Shown: positions 1 to 10,319, counted from the first letter of the stretch. The stretch: DNA of 64,000 bases from Methylotenera sp. (GCA_014378845.1 JACMNB010000022.1:16300-80299); one strand, 5' to 3'. Numbers and translations are program-made. The notes: generated from the sequence alone by a model not told the origin.

Positions 1-845
1 GCGCGCAATGCTTGTGCAGAGCCTTTACCTACATCGCCATAACCCGCTACCACAGCCACTTTACCCGCAATCATCACGTCAGTTGCGCGTTTAATCGCAT
101 CCACCAAACTTTCACGGCAGCCGTATAAATTGTCGAATTTAGATTTAGTCACTGAATCGTTTACATTAATTGCTGGGAAGGCCAATTTGCCTTCTTTGTG
201 CATTTGATACAAACGATGTACGCCAGTGGTGGTTTCTTCCGTCACGCCAATAATGGCAGCTAAACGTACAGAATACCAAGTTGGGTCTGTTTTTAATTTC
301 GCTTTAATCGCATCAAACAAGCAAATTTCTTCTTCAGACGTTGGTTTTGCAATCACGCTTAAATCTTTTTCTGCACGCGTACCCAAATGCAGCAACAATG
401 TCGCATCGCCGCCATCATCCAAAATCATATTGGTATACGTTGGTTTACCATCTTTGCCATCCGCCCACTCAAAAATGCGATGCGTGTAATCCCAATATTC
501 GGTTAATGTTTCACCTTTAATCGCAAATACTGGAGTGCCACCAGCCGCAATCGCCGCAGCCGCGTGGTCTTGCGTCGAGTAAATATTGCACGACGCCCAA
601 CGCACTTCTGCGCCCAAATCTTTCAGTGTTTCAATCAACACCGCAGTTTGAATCGTCATATGGAGCGAGCCTGTAATGCGCGCACCTTTAAGCGGCTGCG
701 TAATGGCAAATTCTTCACGAATCATCATTAAACCTGGCATTTCGGTTTCGGCAATGGCAATTTCTTTACGGCCAAATGCGGCCAAGCCAATATCGGCAAC
801 GATGTAATCTTTAGTTTTTACTTTGGTATCGGTCACAGTATTCAT
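1..845 (-). CDS. ahcY: adenosylhomocysteinase (SAH hydrolase), partial; C-terminal part runs off the window start
   Basis: Open at the window edge, so absent from the ORF track. Reverse translation from ATG (cat 843-845) gives [42 protein letters not shown] ... [23 protein letters not shown], typical AhcY. An SAH riboswitch lies directly upstream. Confidence 0.95.
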   Translation of the reverse strand, partial: MNTVTDTKVKTKDYIVADIGLAAFGRKEIAIAETEMPGLMMIREEFAITQPLKGARITGSLHMTIQTAVLIETLKDLGAEVRWASCNIYSTQDHAAAAIAAGGTPVFAIKGETLTEYWDYTHRIFEWADGKDGKPTYTNMILDDGGDATLLLHLGTRAEKDLSVIAKPTSEEEICLFDAIKAKLKTDPTWYSVRLAAIIGVTEETTTGVHRLYQMHKEGKLAFPAINVNDSVTKSKFDNLYGCRESLVDAIKRATDVMIAGKVAVVAGYGDVGKGSAQALR

Positions 846-959
846 TTTAAATCCTTAAAAATAATGAAGTTGTAACCAGCAGGGAATGGAAATTTTAGAA
901 CTAAAACGAGTTTTGGCGTTTTGTTCACCCAGTTCCCGTGTCTGGCACGGTTAAATGTA

Positions 960-1042
960 GATGAACGCCGTTTGAGAGATTTGTCATCCCCCTAACCGAG
1001 CCTAGAGCTTTAAGAAAAAGCTTCGCAACGTTCCTCGGTTAA
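960..1042 (-). promoter_or_regulatory. SAH riboswitch in the ahcY leader
   Basis: The minus strand reads AACCGAGGAACGUUGCGAAGC...AGGCUCGGUUAGGGGG...CAAACGGCGUUCAUC. This matches the conserved CGAGGAGCGYUGCGA / AGGCUCGG / AACGGCGCUCA blocks of the SAH element as I recall them. It sits about 115 nt upstream of the ahcY ATG. Confidence 0.8.
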
Positions 1043-1174
1043 TTTTACTGCTTAATAGAGCGCATTATAGCGAAATCGTTCAGATTGTCAAAATTGGGCT
1101 TGGTTAATGGGTTTTGATTTACGCTAGATAGGGCGTGAATTAGGATGGCTATTTTAAATTAGATTTGAACTTAC

Positions 1175-1633
1175 ATGACCGTCGAACGCATCAGCGCATT
1201 AGCAGCATTACTTAGGCACTGTGAAGAAGTAGCTCAGGTACTATTGGCCGATACTGGCGAGTTCCATCCTTTTGGTGCCTACTTGAATGCAAATGGTGAA
1301 ATTGAGGCGCTCGCTGCGTACAATGGAACCGAGCACCTATGTTCAAGCGAACTCTACAAACTTTTGCATGGTGTCATAACAAAAATGGCCAACGACCGTA
1401 CTCTTGTCGCTTATGCAATTGCGGCTGACGTGAGCATTCCAAGCCAGTTCAATTCTACGTTCCCCGATGGAATTCGAGTGCAAGTTGAAGCGCCTGGCTA
1501 CTCTCGCGATCTCTACATACCCTATCGCCTACTTCCAATGAGAGCGCTCCGCAAGTTTTTCGTAGTTTTTCCAACCGTCGAGTATGCCGAGCAAATTGCA
1601 GTTGACGTCGATCCAAGTGTATTCACTGCTTAG
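1175..1633 (+). CDS. hypothetical protein (152 aa), no recognised family
   Basis: Clean ORF on the opposite strand between ahcY and metK. Its codon choice (many CTC/CTT/CTA Leu, TCG, CCC) differs visibly from the neighbouring genes. Confidence 0.55.
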   Translation: MTVERISALAALLRHCEEVAQVLLADTGEFHPFGAYLNANGEIEALAAYNGTEHLCSSELYKLLHGVITKMANDRTLVAYAIAADVSIPSQFNSTFPDGIRVQVEAPGYSRDLYIPYRLLPMRALRKFFVVFPTVEYAEQIAVDVDPSVFTA

Positions 1634-1745
1634 CAAATTAGAGTATCCAAATTGATTGTATTTGCAAGCGTGTAAAAAGCAATGCCCTGCAAGCCAATAT
1701 CCATGCGGCTTCCAGAGCATTGCAATAATCACCTAAAAACTTTAA

Positions 1746-2906
1746 TTACTTTGCTGCCGCTTTCAACCCAGCAGCTCTATCAGTTGCTTCCCAAGTAAAC
1801 TCAGGTTCATCGCGACCAAAATGGCCGTAGGCGGCGGTTTTGGTGTAGATTGGGCGCAGTAAATCGAGCATTTTTACGATGCCTTTTGGGCGTAAGTCAA
1901 AATGCTCACTTACGATTTGCGTCAGTCTTTCGTCTGAAATTTTGCCTGTGCCGTAGGTTTCTAGCATAATAGAAGTTGGGCGTGCCACGCCAATGGCGTA
2001 GCTAATTTGCACCATACATTTATCGGCCAAGCCTGCGGCGACGATGTTTTTGGCTACATAACGCGCTGCATAGGCCGCGCTGCGATCTACTTTTGATGGG
2101 TCTTTACCAGAAAAAGCGCCGCCGCCATGTGGCGCTGCGCCGCCATAGGTATCGACAATAATTTTACGGCCAGTTAAACCGCAATCGCCTTGCGGGCCGC
2201 CAACTACAAAGCGTCCAGTTGGGTTGACTAAATATTTAACCTCGCCTTTAATCAGCTCTTTTGGCAACATTGGTTTGATGATTTCTTCAATCACTGCTTC
2301 GCGAATGTCTTTTAAATCCATTTCTGGCGCGTGTTGCGTAGAAACCACGACGGTGTCGATGCTGTCTGGTTTGCCATCGACATATTTAATTGTGACCTGA
2401 GATTTTGCATCGGGGCGCAGCCAAGGTAACACGCCATTTTTACGCAATTGCGCTTGGCGTTCCATTAATCTGTGACTTAGCCAAATCGGCAATGGCATCA
2501 ACTGCGGCGTTTCATTCACCGCGTAACCAAACATCAAACCTTGGTCGCCCGCGCCTTGGTCTAGCGGGTCGTCATGCGCGCCATCTACGCCTTGAGCGAT
2601 GTCTGGCGATTGTTTGTCATACGCCACAAGCACCGCGCAACCGCGATAATCAATGCCGTAATCGGTATTGTCATAGCCGATGCGTTTAATGGTTTCGCGC
2701 GCGACTTTAATATAGTCTACATTTGCGGTGGTTGTAATTTCGCCAGCCAGCACGACTAAACCTGTGTTTGCTAAGGTTTCTGCGGCTACGCGAGCGGTTG
2801 GATCTTGACTAAGAATCGCATCTAAAATGCTGTCGGATACTTGGTCTGCGAGTTTGTCTGGATGACCTTCAGAAACGGATTCTGAAGTAAAAAGATAATT
2901 GTTCAT
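1746..2906 (-). CDS. metK: S-adenosylmethionine synthetase
   Basis: 386 aa starting [25 protein letters not shown], with [12 protein letters not shown] and [19 protein letters not shown] motifs. Confidence 0.98.
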   Translation of the reverse strand: MNNYLFTSESVSEGHPDKLADQVSDSILDAILSQDPTARVAAETLANTGLVVLAGEITTTANVDYIKVARETIKRIGYDNTDYGIDYRGCAVLVAYDKQSPDIAQGVDGAHDDPLDQGAGDQGLMFGYAVNETPQLMPLPIWLSHRLMERQAQLRKNGVLPWLRPDAKSQVTIKYVDGKPDSIDTVVVSTQHAPEMDLKDIREAVIEEIIKPMLPKELIKGEVKYLVNPTGRFVVGGPQGDCGLTGRKIIVDTYGGAAPHGGGAFSGKDPSKVDRSAAYAARYVAKNIVAAGLADKCMVQISYAIGVARPTSIMLETYGTGKISDERLTQIVSEHFDLRPKGIVKMLDLLRPIYTKTAAYGHFGRDEPEFTWEATDRAAGLKAAAK

Positions 2907-3111
2907 TGAGTGCGCCTTGAAATGTAATATTAAAAAATTGAAATGACACGCGTACTAAAGGCTGAAGCAAACGTGTTAACTCAAATGTAAAACAAGCAGT
3001 ATTGTAAACAATAACGATGACTTGTGCATGACTAAAGGCATAACTTTGTATTAAGTTTCAAGTCTTTATATTAAATTTCAACATTTGGCTTAAGCAATTT
3101 ATAATAATGAA

Positions 3112-3957
3112 ATGCAATTAAATTTTACCAAAATGCAGGGCGCGGGCAACGATTTCTTGATGATTGATGGATTTTCTGCGCCTATAAATTTAACAGCCAC
3201 TCAGATTAAAAAGATTGCCAATCGCAACTTTGGCGTGGGTTGCGACCAGCTTTTAATCGTAGAAAAAACCAATTTGCCGAATGTGGATTTTAAATATCGC
3301 ATTTTTAACGCCGATGGCGGCGAGGTTGAGCAATGTGGCAACGGCGCGCGCTGCTTTGTACGTTTTGTTGTGGATAAGGCATTAACGCACAAAAAAGAAA
3401 TCACTGTAGAAACCGCCAGCGGCTTGATTACACTGACTTTGCAAGACGATGGCCAAGTTACGGTGAACATGGGCGCGCCAATTTTTGAGCCTGCAAAAAT
3501 CCCTTTTATTGCTGATGAACGCCAAAGCCAATATCTGCTTAAACTGCGCCAAGAAAGCTTAAGTATTTGCGCAGTCTCCATGGGCAATCCGCACGCGGTA
3601 ACGCTGGTGGATGACGTAGAAACAGCCGATGTTGCCACGCTTGGCCCGCAAATTGAAGCACACGCGAGCTTTCCACAACGTGTAAATGCAGGTTTTATGC
3701 AGATTGTTGATGCGCATAATATCAAGCTGCGCGTGTATGAGCGCGGCAGCGGCGAAACGCTGGCTTGCGGCACGGGTGCTTGCGCGGCGGCAGTTTCGGG
3801 CATTATGCTAGGCTTATTACAAAGCCCAGTGATGGTGCATGCGCGCGGCGGCGACCTTACTATTGCTTGGGCAGGCGTTGATTTGAATAGCCAAGGCATG
3901 CCTGTGATGATGACGGGCAACGCTGAAATTGTATTTGAAGGCATTATCATTATTTAG
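3112..3957 (+). CDS. dapF: diaminopimelate epimerase
   Basis: 281 aa with [15 protein letters not shown], the two catalytic Cys contexts ([10 protein letters not shown] and [10 protein letters not shown]) and SMGNPH. Confidence 0.95.
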   Translation: MQLNFTKMQGAGNDFLMIDGFSAPINLTATQIKKIANRNFGVGCDQLLIVEKTNLPNVDFKYRIFNADGGEVEQCGNGARCFVRFVVDKALTHKKEITVETASGLITLTLQDDGQVTVNMGAPIFEPAKIPFIADERQSQYLLKLRQESLSICAVSMGNPHAVTLVDDVETADVATLGPQIEAHASFPQRVNAGFMQIVDAHNIKLRVYERGSGETLACGTGACAAAVSGIMLGLLQSPVMVHARGGDLTIAWAGVDLNSQGMPVMMTGNAEIVFEGIIII

Positions 3958-3981
3958 GGCAGTCAATTTTAGGAAACCAAG

Positions 3982-4629
3982 ATGCAACAAGATGACGTAA
4001 AAGCATATTTAAAAGCGAATCCTGAATTTTTTGAGGCCAATGCCGCATTTTTGGCGGATATTCATTTGCCCAGCCCGCATGGCGGCGGCACCATTTCACT
4101 GGCAGAACGGCAACAACTAGCACAGCGCGATAAAATCAATGCGCTAGAAGAACGCTTTGCAGAGTTGGTGTTAAACGCGCAAGAAAACGAAGCGACTTCA
4201 AATAAAATCTATGCATTTAATGTGGAACTGCATAAGGGCAAAAATTTTGATGAAATAGAACAACTCATCAGCGCGCTGTTGCCCGAGCATTTTAATTTAA
4301 CCGACACTTGTCTGCGCCTGTGGGCAAAGCCGCGCGACCCAGCCACGAGTGCTAATTTAGTGTTTAGCCTAGTGAGCGACGATACCAAAGCTTGGATTGA
4401 GCAGTTGAAGCAGCCGTATTGCGGAAAACCACCAGCCATTGTGGCAGATGATTGGTTTATCGACCCGGCTGCTTCAGTTGCCATTGTGCCTTTGCAATTA
4501 ACGCATACAATTGGCGTATTGGCGCTGGCTAGTGACGACGAAAACCGTTTTTTTGACCAGATGGGCACTGAATTTTTAAGTAAAATCGGTGAGATTTTAA
4601 GTGCAGCATTATCGCGCTACCTTGCCTAG
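3982..4629 (+). CDS. DUF484 family protein (YigA-like)
   Basis: 215 aa. Occupies the conserved slot between dapF and xerC. N-terminus reads VKAYLKANPEFFEANAAFLADIHLPSPHGGGTISLAERQ. Confidence 0.8.
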   Translation: MQQDDVKAYLKANPEFFEANAAFLADIHLPSPHGGGTISLAERQQLAQRDKINALEERFAELVLNAQENEATSNKIYAFNVELHKGKNFDEIEQLISALLPEHFNLTDTCLRLWAKPRDPATSANLVFSLVSDDTKAWIEQLKQPYCGKPPAIVADDWFIDPAASVAIVPLQLTHTIGVLALASDDENRFFDQMGTEFLSKIGEILSAALSRYLA

Positions 4630-4658
4630 CGTACTGTTTTAACTATAGTTTTAATAAT

Positions 4659-5540
4659 GTGGAATTATTAGCAGAATATTTAACATTTTTAAATTTTGAG
4701 CGCGGCTTAAGCCCGCTTACGAGAGAAAATTACGCCAGAGATATTACGCAACTCATCAAATTAGCCGACTCCAGTGCACTAAATGAACTTCAAAATATTC
4801 ATATCCGCCGCTTTATTGCCTCACTTCATTCAAAAGGTTTGGGCGGCAAAAGCATCGCGCGCATGCTATCTAGCTGGCGCGGTTTTTTTGAATTTTTGGT
4901 GATTCGCAAAGGCTTTACAGCAAACCCTGTTATTGGCTTGCGCGCACCAAAATCGCCCAAAACTTTGCCACAAGCGCTTTCTATCGAACAAGCAACAAAG
5001 CTGGTGGATATTAGCGACGACGATACTTTAGCTGTGCGTGATCATGCGATTTTAGAGCTGTTTTACTCAAGTGGTTTACGCTTAAGCGAGCTGGTCAATT
5101 TGAATTTGGACGCGCTAGATTTTAGCGATGGCACGGTTGAGGTCACAGGTAAAGGCAACAAAACGCGCATTGTGCCGATGGGCGCGCATGCGATGGAAGC
5201 AATACAAAAATGGCTGCAAATTCGCACTACAATTTCAAAATACAATGCCGCTGAGAAGGCCGTATTTATTGGCTTGCAGGGCAGGCGCGTTGGTGCACGT
5301 AACTTGCAACTTCGCTTAAAAGAATGGTCGATTAAGCAAGGTATTAATTCAAGCGTGCACCCGCACATGCTGCGCCATAGCTTTGCCAGCCACGTACTGC
5401 AAAGCAGCGGCGATTTGCGCGCCGTGCAAGAAATGCTGGGCCACGCCAACATTAGCACCACGCAAATTTACACGCATTTAGATTTTCAACATTTAAGCAA
5501 AACTTATGATGCGGCGCATCCTCGGGCGAAAAAGAAGTAG
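4659..5540 (+). CDS. xerC: tyrosine recombinase XerC (GTG start)
   Basis: 293 aa with the SAM-like N-domain, ARDHAILELFYSSGLRLSEL, HMLRHSFASH, LGHANISTTQIYTH (R..HxxR..Y catalytic set), in the dapF-DUF484-xerC context. Confidence 0.9.
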   Translation: MELLAEYLTFLNFERGLSPLTRENYARDITQLIKLADSSALNELQNIHIRRFIASLHSKGLGGKSIARMLSSWRGFFEFLVIRKGFTANPVIGLRAPKSPKTLPQALSIEQATKLVDISDDDTLAVRDHAILELFYSSGLRLSELVNLNLDALDFSDGTVEVTGKGNKTRIVPMGAHAMEAIQKWLQIRTTISKYNAAEKAVFIGLQGRRVGARNLQLRLKEWSIKQGINSSVHPHMLRHSFASHVLQSSGDLRAVQEMLGHANISTTQIYTHLDFQHLSKTYDAAHPRAKKK

Positions 5541-5652
5541 TCGCTAAAAAATTGTCACTAAAAAGATATGAAAATTAGTCTTTTAAACTATTTATTTGTC
5601 TCCATATCATAGTCGTATCTTATTCATTTCACCACTTGTAAAGGACACTCAC

Positions 5653-6234
5653 ATGGAACATACCTTACCCGCGCTGCCCTACGCTAAAACCGCATTAGCA
5701 CCCCATATTTCTGAAGAAACGCTGGATTTTCATTACGGAAAACATCACCAGACTTATGTCACCAATTTGAATAATTTAATCAAAGGTACTGAGTTTGAGA
5801 GTTTGAGCTTAGAAGAAATCATTAAAAAATCTTCTGCTGGCATTTACAACAACAGCGCCCAAGTTTGGAATCACACGTTTTTTTGGCACAGCATGACACC
5901 AAATGGCGGCGGCGCACCAACTGGCGCACTGGCTGATGCCATTAACGCAAAATGGGGCAGTTTTGATGCATTTAAAGCAGCTTTTCAAGCTAGTGCAGTG
6001 GGCAATTTTGGCTCTGGCTGGACATGGCTAGTTAAAAAAGCCGATGGTAGCGTTGATATTGTTAACATGGGCGCAGCTGGCACGCCGCTTACCACCAGCG
6101 ATAAAGCCTTGCTAACCATTGATGTGTGGGAACACGCGTATTACATTGATTATCGCAATGCACGCGCAAAATATGTAGAAACGTTTTTAGCGAGTTTAGC
6201 CAATTGGGATTTTGCAGCGGCCAATTTTGCTTAA
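5653..6234 (+). CDS. sodB: Fe/Mn superoxide dismutase
   Basis: Track ORF starts at 5596, but the homologous start is [32 protein letters not shown] at 5653. [18 protein letters not shown] motif present. Confidence 0.93.
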   Translation: MEHTLPALPYAKTALAPHISEETLDFHYGKHHQTYVTNLNNLIKGTEFESLSLEEIIKKSSAGIYNNSAQVWNHTFFWHSMTPNGGGAPTGALADAINAKWGSFDAFKAAFQASAVGNFGSGWTWLVKKADGSVDIVNMGAAGTPLTTSDKALLTIDVWEHAYYIDYRNARAKYVETFLASLANWDFAAANFA

Positions 6235-6260
6235 GCGTTAAGGATTATTTTAAGCATTTG

Positions 6261-6287
6261 AAAAAGGCCGCAAATGTGGCCTTTTTT
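6261..6287 (+). terminator. intrinsic terminator after sodB
   Basis: aaaaaggcc-gcaaatgt-ggccttttttat: a GC-cored stem followed by a T-run. Confidence 0.7.
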
Positions 6288-6298
6288 ATGGTTGTTTT

Positions 6299-6649
6299 AT
6301 GGATGAACGCACTATGTACCATGCCCATATTTACTTTGAATTAGCTGAAATGGCGCATGCAAGCCAAGTGCGAACAAACATCATCAGAAATTTGCCGCAA
6401 CTCACCTATAAAGGTCAGCTAATTCCTATGCCGATAGGCCCGCACCCTAAACCGATGTTCGAGATTCACATTGCTACAGCTGATATTGACTATGCCATGG
6501 CCACTATCGATGCCTTACGACAAGGGCTTTCTGTGCTCATTCATCCTGTTCAGCTCGATGAAATGGCTGCACACACAGTAGATGCAAGATGGTTGGGCGA
6601 AAAATTGCCGCTTAATTTAGGCATCTTGAAACAGTTAATTGGCAAATAA
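6299..6649 (+). CDS. DOPA 4,5-dioxygenase-like family protein
   Basis: 116 aa with YHAHIYF, PIGPHPKPMFEI and SVLIHP motifs that I associate with the DOPA-dioxygenase (PF08883-type) family. The start may be the ATG at 6314. Confidence 0.65.
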   Translation: MDERTMYHAHIYFELAEMAHASQVRTNIIRNLPQLTYKGQLIPMPIGPHPKPMFEIHIATADIDYAMATIDALRQGLSVLIHPVQLDEMAAHTVDARWLGEKLPLNLGILKQLIGK

Positions 6650-6667
6650 ATAATCAGCAAACCAGTG

Positions 6668-7036
6668 CTACATAAACAGCACTAATCCCCAAACTAGGAA
6701 AAAATTACCTAGTGCCAAAAACACCGCCGCGCTGCCAATATCTTTAGCGCGCTTGGCCAGTGGGTGGAGATCGATAGAAGTGTGGTCAACCGAGGCTTCA
6801 ATCGAGGAATTAAGCAACTCTACAATCATCACCAAAATTACTGCGCCTGCCAGCATCGCTTTTTCGATATTGGTTTTGCCCAAATAAAGCCCAAGCGGAA
6901 TCAACACACAAGCCAAAAACACCTCTTGGCGAAATGCATCTTCATGCTGAAACGCTGCTTTAAAGCCCTCTGCCGAATAGCCAAACGCGTTAATCAAACG
7001 GCGCAATCCCGTTTTACCTTTAAATGGGCTTTCCAT
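6668..7036 (-). CDS. dgkA: diacylglycerol kinase
   Basis: 122 aa, three TM helices, with RLINAFGYSAEGFKAAFQHEDAFRQE and VELLNSSIEASVD motifs. Confidence 0.9.
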   Translation of the reverse strand: MESPFKGKTGLRRLINAFGYSAEGFKAAFQHEDAFRQEVFLACVLIPLGLYLGKTNIEKAMLAGAVILVMIVELLNSSIEASVDHTSIDLHPLAKRAKDIGSAAVFLALGNFFLVWGLVLFM

Positions 7037-7085
7037 AATTACTTTCTAAAAATATGCCTTCTTAAAATTTTACTTTCCTCTTCGT

Positions 7086-7157
7086 CATTCTGAGCATAGC
7101 GAAGAATCCAACTCTTTTGCTGCTTTAAAGTCTGGATTCTTCGCTATGCTCAGAATG
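7086..7157. repeat. perfect 25-bp inverted repeat (REP/MITE-like palindromic element)
   Basis: Left arm cattctgagcatagcgaagaatcca (7086-7110). Right arm tggattcttcgctatgctcagaatg (7133-7157) is its exact reverse complement. Spacer is 22 nt. Confidence 0.9.
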
Positions 7158-7233
7158 CCGGTAATTGGTTGAATACCTTTTAAATCAATCAACATGCGTT
7201 ATCATACTGTTTTTAGCTTAAACGAGTAACCTC

Positions 7234-7506
7234 ATGGCACGCACTGTTAAATGTATTAAATTAGGCAAAGAGTTAGATGGCATGGACTTTCCCCCTTATC
7301 CAGGTGAACTTGGCAAAAAAATCTATCTGAACGTGAGTAAAGAGGCATGGGCGGCCTGGCTAAAACAGCAAACCATGCTGGTAAACGAAAACCGCTTAAG
7401 TTTGGCTGACCCCGCCGCCCGTAAATATTTGAGCGAGCAAACCGAGAAATACTTTTTTGGTGAAGGTGCAGATACGGCGAGTGGGTATGTACCAGAGAAA
7501 AACTGA
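7234..7506 (+). CDS. yggX: Fe(2+)-trafficking protein YggX
   Basis: 90 aa: [31 protein letters not shown]...[14 protein letters not shown]. Confidence 0.9.
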   Translation: MARTVKCIKLGKELDGMDFPPYPGELGKKIYLNVSKEAWAAWLKQQTMLVNENRLSLADPAARKYLSEQTEKYFFGEGADTASGYVPEKN

Positions 7507-7610
7507 TTTTAGATTGATTTGAATTTTACGTTAGGCTTGTATGAGCATAAGTAAATTTTGCAGATTGCAACTAGAGCTATAATTGCTCATCGCTAGCATC
7601 GCAGCCGGGC

Positions 7611-7685
7611 GTAGGGTGGGTTCTTGAACCCACCCTTCACTTATTTGACAGTACCGTTCCGCGTGGGGTTAAAACCCCACCCTAC
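7611..7685. repeat. REP-like palindromic element between convergent yggX and rpiA
   Basis: gtagggtggg (7611-7620) is the reverse complement of cccaccctac (7676-7685). Internal hairpins are agggtggg-ttcttgaa-cccaccct (7613-7636) and gtgggg-ttaaaa-ccccac. Confidence 0.8.
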
Positions 7686-7702
7686 AAAACCACTCAAAAT
7701 AC

Positions 7703-8362
7703 TTATTTCTTAAATGTTTTTACACCATCCGCCGTTGCCAACAACAACACATTGGCTGGTCTTGCCGCAAATAAGCCATTGGTCACCACACCGACGATTT
7801 GGTTAATTTTCGCTTCCATCGCGACTGGGTCGTCAATTTTCAAGTTCCACACATCTAAAATCACGTTGCCATTATCAGTCGTAAAGTCGCGCAATTTTGG
7901 TTGGCCTCCTAATTTAACTAGCTCGCGCGCTACATAACTTTTGGCCATTGGCAACACTTCTACTGGTAGTGGAAACTTGCCTAACACTGGTACGTATTTG
8001 GTCTCGTCACAAATACAAATAAAGGTTTTAGCCACCGCTGCGACGATTTTCTCGCGCGTTAATGCGCCGCCGCCGCCTTTTAGCATGTGTAAATGTTCGG
8101 TAATTTCATCGGCGCCATCCACATAAATATCTAAGCTATCTACTGCGTTTAAATCGAACACCTCAATGCCATGGGCCCGTAAACGTTGGGCTGTAGCCTC
8201 ACTGCTGGCCACTGCGCCATCAATTTTGTGTTTTACTTTTGCCAGCTCTTCAATAAACATATTGGCCGTGCTGCCCGTGCCCACGCCGATAATGCCTTCT
8301 TTTACATATTGCACTGCCGCTGCCGCAACTTGTTGTTTTAGATCGTCTTGTGTGAATGCCAT
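7703..8362 (-). CDS. rpiA: ribose-5-phosphate isomerase A
   Basis: 219 aa with [21 protein letters not shown] and [14 protein letters not shown] motifs. Confidence 0.95.
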   Translation of the reverse strand: MAFTQDDLKQQVAAAAVQYVKEGIIGVGTGSTANMFIEELAKVKHKIDGAVASSEATAQRLRAHGIEVFDLNAVDSLDIYVDGADEITEHLHMLKGGGGALTREKIVAAVAKTFICICDETKYVPVLGKFPLPVEVLPMAKSYVARELVKLGGQPKLRDFTTDNGNVILDVWNLKIDDPVAMEAKINQIVGVVTNGLFAARPANVLLLATADGVKTFKK

Positions 8363-8465
8363 GACTCTTATCCTTTATAATGATGCTATTAAACTTGGTG
8401 TTAGATTCTAAGGCTAAATCATACCGTAAGATTGCGATAGCTTAAAGAATTAGCACAAACTGTGG

Positions 8466-8648
8466 TTCGACAAGCTCACCACGAACGGTGTAATGCAGCT
8501 CACCACGAACAGTGTAAGGCACCATGAATGGTATAGGACAAGCTCACCACGAACGGTTTAAGGCAAGCTCAGCACTAACGGTGTGACACAGGTTCGGCAC
8601 TAGCGGTGTATTAGTTTTATCCCGTTCGTCCTGAGCCTGTCGAAGGAC
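8466..8648. repeat. degenerate tandem array (about 6 units of 24-25 bp) plus one inverted copy, upstream of ilvA
   Basis: Units caagctcaccacgaacggtgtaat / gcagctcaccacgaacagtgtaagg / (degenerate) / caagctcaccacgaacggtttaagg / caagctcagcactaacggtgtgaca / caggttcggcactagcggtgtatta span 8471-8613. The inverted partner cccgttcgtcctgagcctgtcgaaggac lies at 8620-8648. Confidence 0.85.
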
Positions 8649-8659
8649 ATGCAAATTTA

Positions 8660-10186
8660 ATGAAGATAAACTACAAACACAAAATTGAAAATTCGCGCGT
8701 GTACGACGTGGCTAAAAACACGCCGCTAGAATTTTTATCAATTTTATCGGCGCGCATTGGCAATCGCGTACTGCTTAAGCGAGAGGATATGCAGCCTGTA
8801 TTCTCGTTTAAACTGCGCGGCGCGTATAACAAAATGGCGAATTTAGCGCCTGAACTTTTGCAACGCGGTGTAATTTGCGCCAGTGCTGGCAACCATGCGC
8901 AGGGCGTTGCCTTGGCAGCGCAAAAACTTGGCTGCCGCGCGGTAATTGTCATGCCGACCACCACACCTGATATTAAAATCAATGCCGTAAAAAATCGCGG
9001 TGCAGAGGTTGTGCTGTTTGGCGATAGCTATTCTGACGCCTATGTTAAAGCATTAGAGCTGGAACAATCTGAACAGCTCACTTTTGTGCACCCTTACGAT
9101 GACCCAGATGTGATTGCTGGGCAAGGCACAATCGCGATGGAAATTTTAAACGCGCACTTTCAATCTTTAAATGCAGAGCCAATCGAAGCCATATTTTGCT
9201 GTGTGGGCGGCGGCGGGCTGTTGGCGGGCATTGCAGCTTATGTAAAAGCGGTGCGACCTGAAATAAAAATTATCGGCGTGGAGGCAAAAGATTCTGAAGC
9301 GATGACTGAATCGCTAAAGCAAGGCAAGCGCGTAATACTTGAGCAAGTTGGACTATTTGCTGATGGCGCGGCCGTGAAACAGGTGGGCGAGCATACGTTT
9401 GCGTTGGCGCAACAGTTTGTCGATGAAATGATTGTGGTGGATAACGATGAAATTTGCGCCGCCATTAAAGACGTGTTTGAGGACACGCGCAGCATTTTAG
9501 AACCCGCTGGCGCACTGGCCACGGCGGGCATTAAAGAATATGCCGCGCGGCATAATGTGCAAGGCAAAACGCTTATAGGTATAGCCAGTGGCGCCAATAT
9601 GAATTTTGATAGACTGCGCTTTATTGCCGAGCGCGCCGAGCTAGGCGAGCAGCGCGAAGCGGTGATTGCGGTGACGATTCCTGAAACCACTGGCGCGTTT
9701 AAAGCATTTTGCAAGTTATTAGGTAACCGCAATATTACCGAGTTTAATTACCGCTATTCAGACCCGACTGCAGCGCATATTTTTGTGGGCTTATCCATTG
9801 CTCACGCGGCGGAAACGGGCCAATTAATTGATGAATTAGCCGCGCAAGGGCTTAACTCCATTGACTTAACGCATAACGAAATGGCCAAATTACATTTGCG
9901 CCATCTTGTGGGTGGGCGCGCCCCGCAGGCCGTGCATGAAGTGATTTATCGCTTTGAGTTTCCCGAAAAGCCTGGTGCATTAATTAAATTTTTAGACAAT
10001 ATGGGCCAAGATTGGAACATTAGCTTGTTCCATTATCGAAATCACGGCGCTGATGTTGGCCGGGTGCTGGTGGGCATGCAAGTGCCGCCGCAACAGCAAC
10101 AGGAGTTTGCAATATTTTTGCAAAATCTAGGCTACCCGTATTGGAACGAAACCGACAACCCTGCCTATTTATTGTTCCTTGGTTAA
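8660..10186 (+). CDS. ilvA: biosynthetic threonine dehydratase (threonine ammonia-lyase)
   Basis: 508 aa with the PLP site FSFKLRGAYN, GVICASAGNHAQGVA, and two C-terminal ACT-like regulatory repeats. Confidence 0.95.
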   Translation: MKINYKHKIENSRVYDVAKNTPLEFLSILSARIGNRVLLKREDMQPVFSFKLRGAYNKMANLAPELLQRGVICASAGNHAQGVALAAQKLGCRAVIVMPTTTPDIKINAVKNRGAEVVLFGDSYSDAYVKALELEQSEQLTFVHPYDDPDVIAGQGTIAMEILNAHFQSLNAEPIEAIFCCVGGGGLLAGIAAYVKAVRPEIKIIGVEAKDSEAMTESLKQGKRVILEQVGLFADGAAVKQVGEHTFALAQQFVDEMIVVDNDEICAAIKDVFEDTRSILEPAGALATAGIKEYAARHNVQGKTLIGIASGANMNFDRLRFIAERAELGEQREAVIAVTIPETTGAFKAFCKLLGNRNITEFNYRYSDPTAAHIFVGLSIAHAAETGQLIDELAAQGLNSIDLTHNEMAKLHLRHLVGGRAPQAVHEVIYRFEFPEKPGALIKFLDNMGQDWNISLFHYRNHGADVGRVLVGMQVPPQQQQEFAIFLQNLGYPYWNETDNPAYLLFLG

Positions 10187-10319
10187 AGTTTGGGGTTAAT
10201 TAATTGGCCATAAAGATATAGGAATTTATCCTATAGTGTTCACGCGTTAATTAAAGTAATATACAAGTCAGTATAATTTAGTCTTTTTTTAGAATTTTTT
10301 AAGTTTTTTTGGAGTTTAC

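Noticed and set aside
226-489. 87-aa plus-strand ORF from the track
   Set aside because: It lies entirely antisense to the unmistakable ahcY reading frame and has no recognisable motifs.
2907-3111. Looked for a SAM-type riboswitch in the metK leader
   Set aside because: I could not recognise SAM-I, SAM-II, SAM-V or SAM-SAH conserved blocks in the minus-strand reading. A covariance-model scan would be needed, so no feature is called.
3201-3950. 249-aa minus-strand ORF
   Set aside because: It is antisense to dapF and rich in Ser/Ala/Pro/Cys, typical of a shadow frame. The same reasoning rejects 4209-4568, 5063-5461, 8671-8982, 9238-9732, 10466-11038, 23903-24478, 24915-25289, 37419-37703, 39260-40451, 47541-47900, 50979-51254, 58345-59625, 60564-60899 and 62755-63042.
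4659-5540. Tyrosine recombinase considered as a phage/ICE integrase marking a mobile element
   Set aside because: The conserved dapF-DUF484-xerC context and XerC-length protein indicate the chromosomal dimer-resolution recombinase. There are no flanking att-like repeats or phage genes.
5596-5652. N-terminal extensions of track ORFs (sodB 5596, nasT 21429, nrtB 23472, nrtD 24466, moeB 49770)
   Set aside because: The extensions overlap upstream genes or promoters and lack homology. Internal ATGs with better RBS or context match the conserved N-termini of the respective families.
8466-8648. Considered as a possible CRISPR array
   Set aside because: The units are contiguous with no unique spacers, they are degenerate, and no cas genes are nearby. 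It is a tandem REP-like array.
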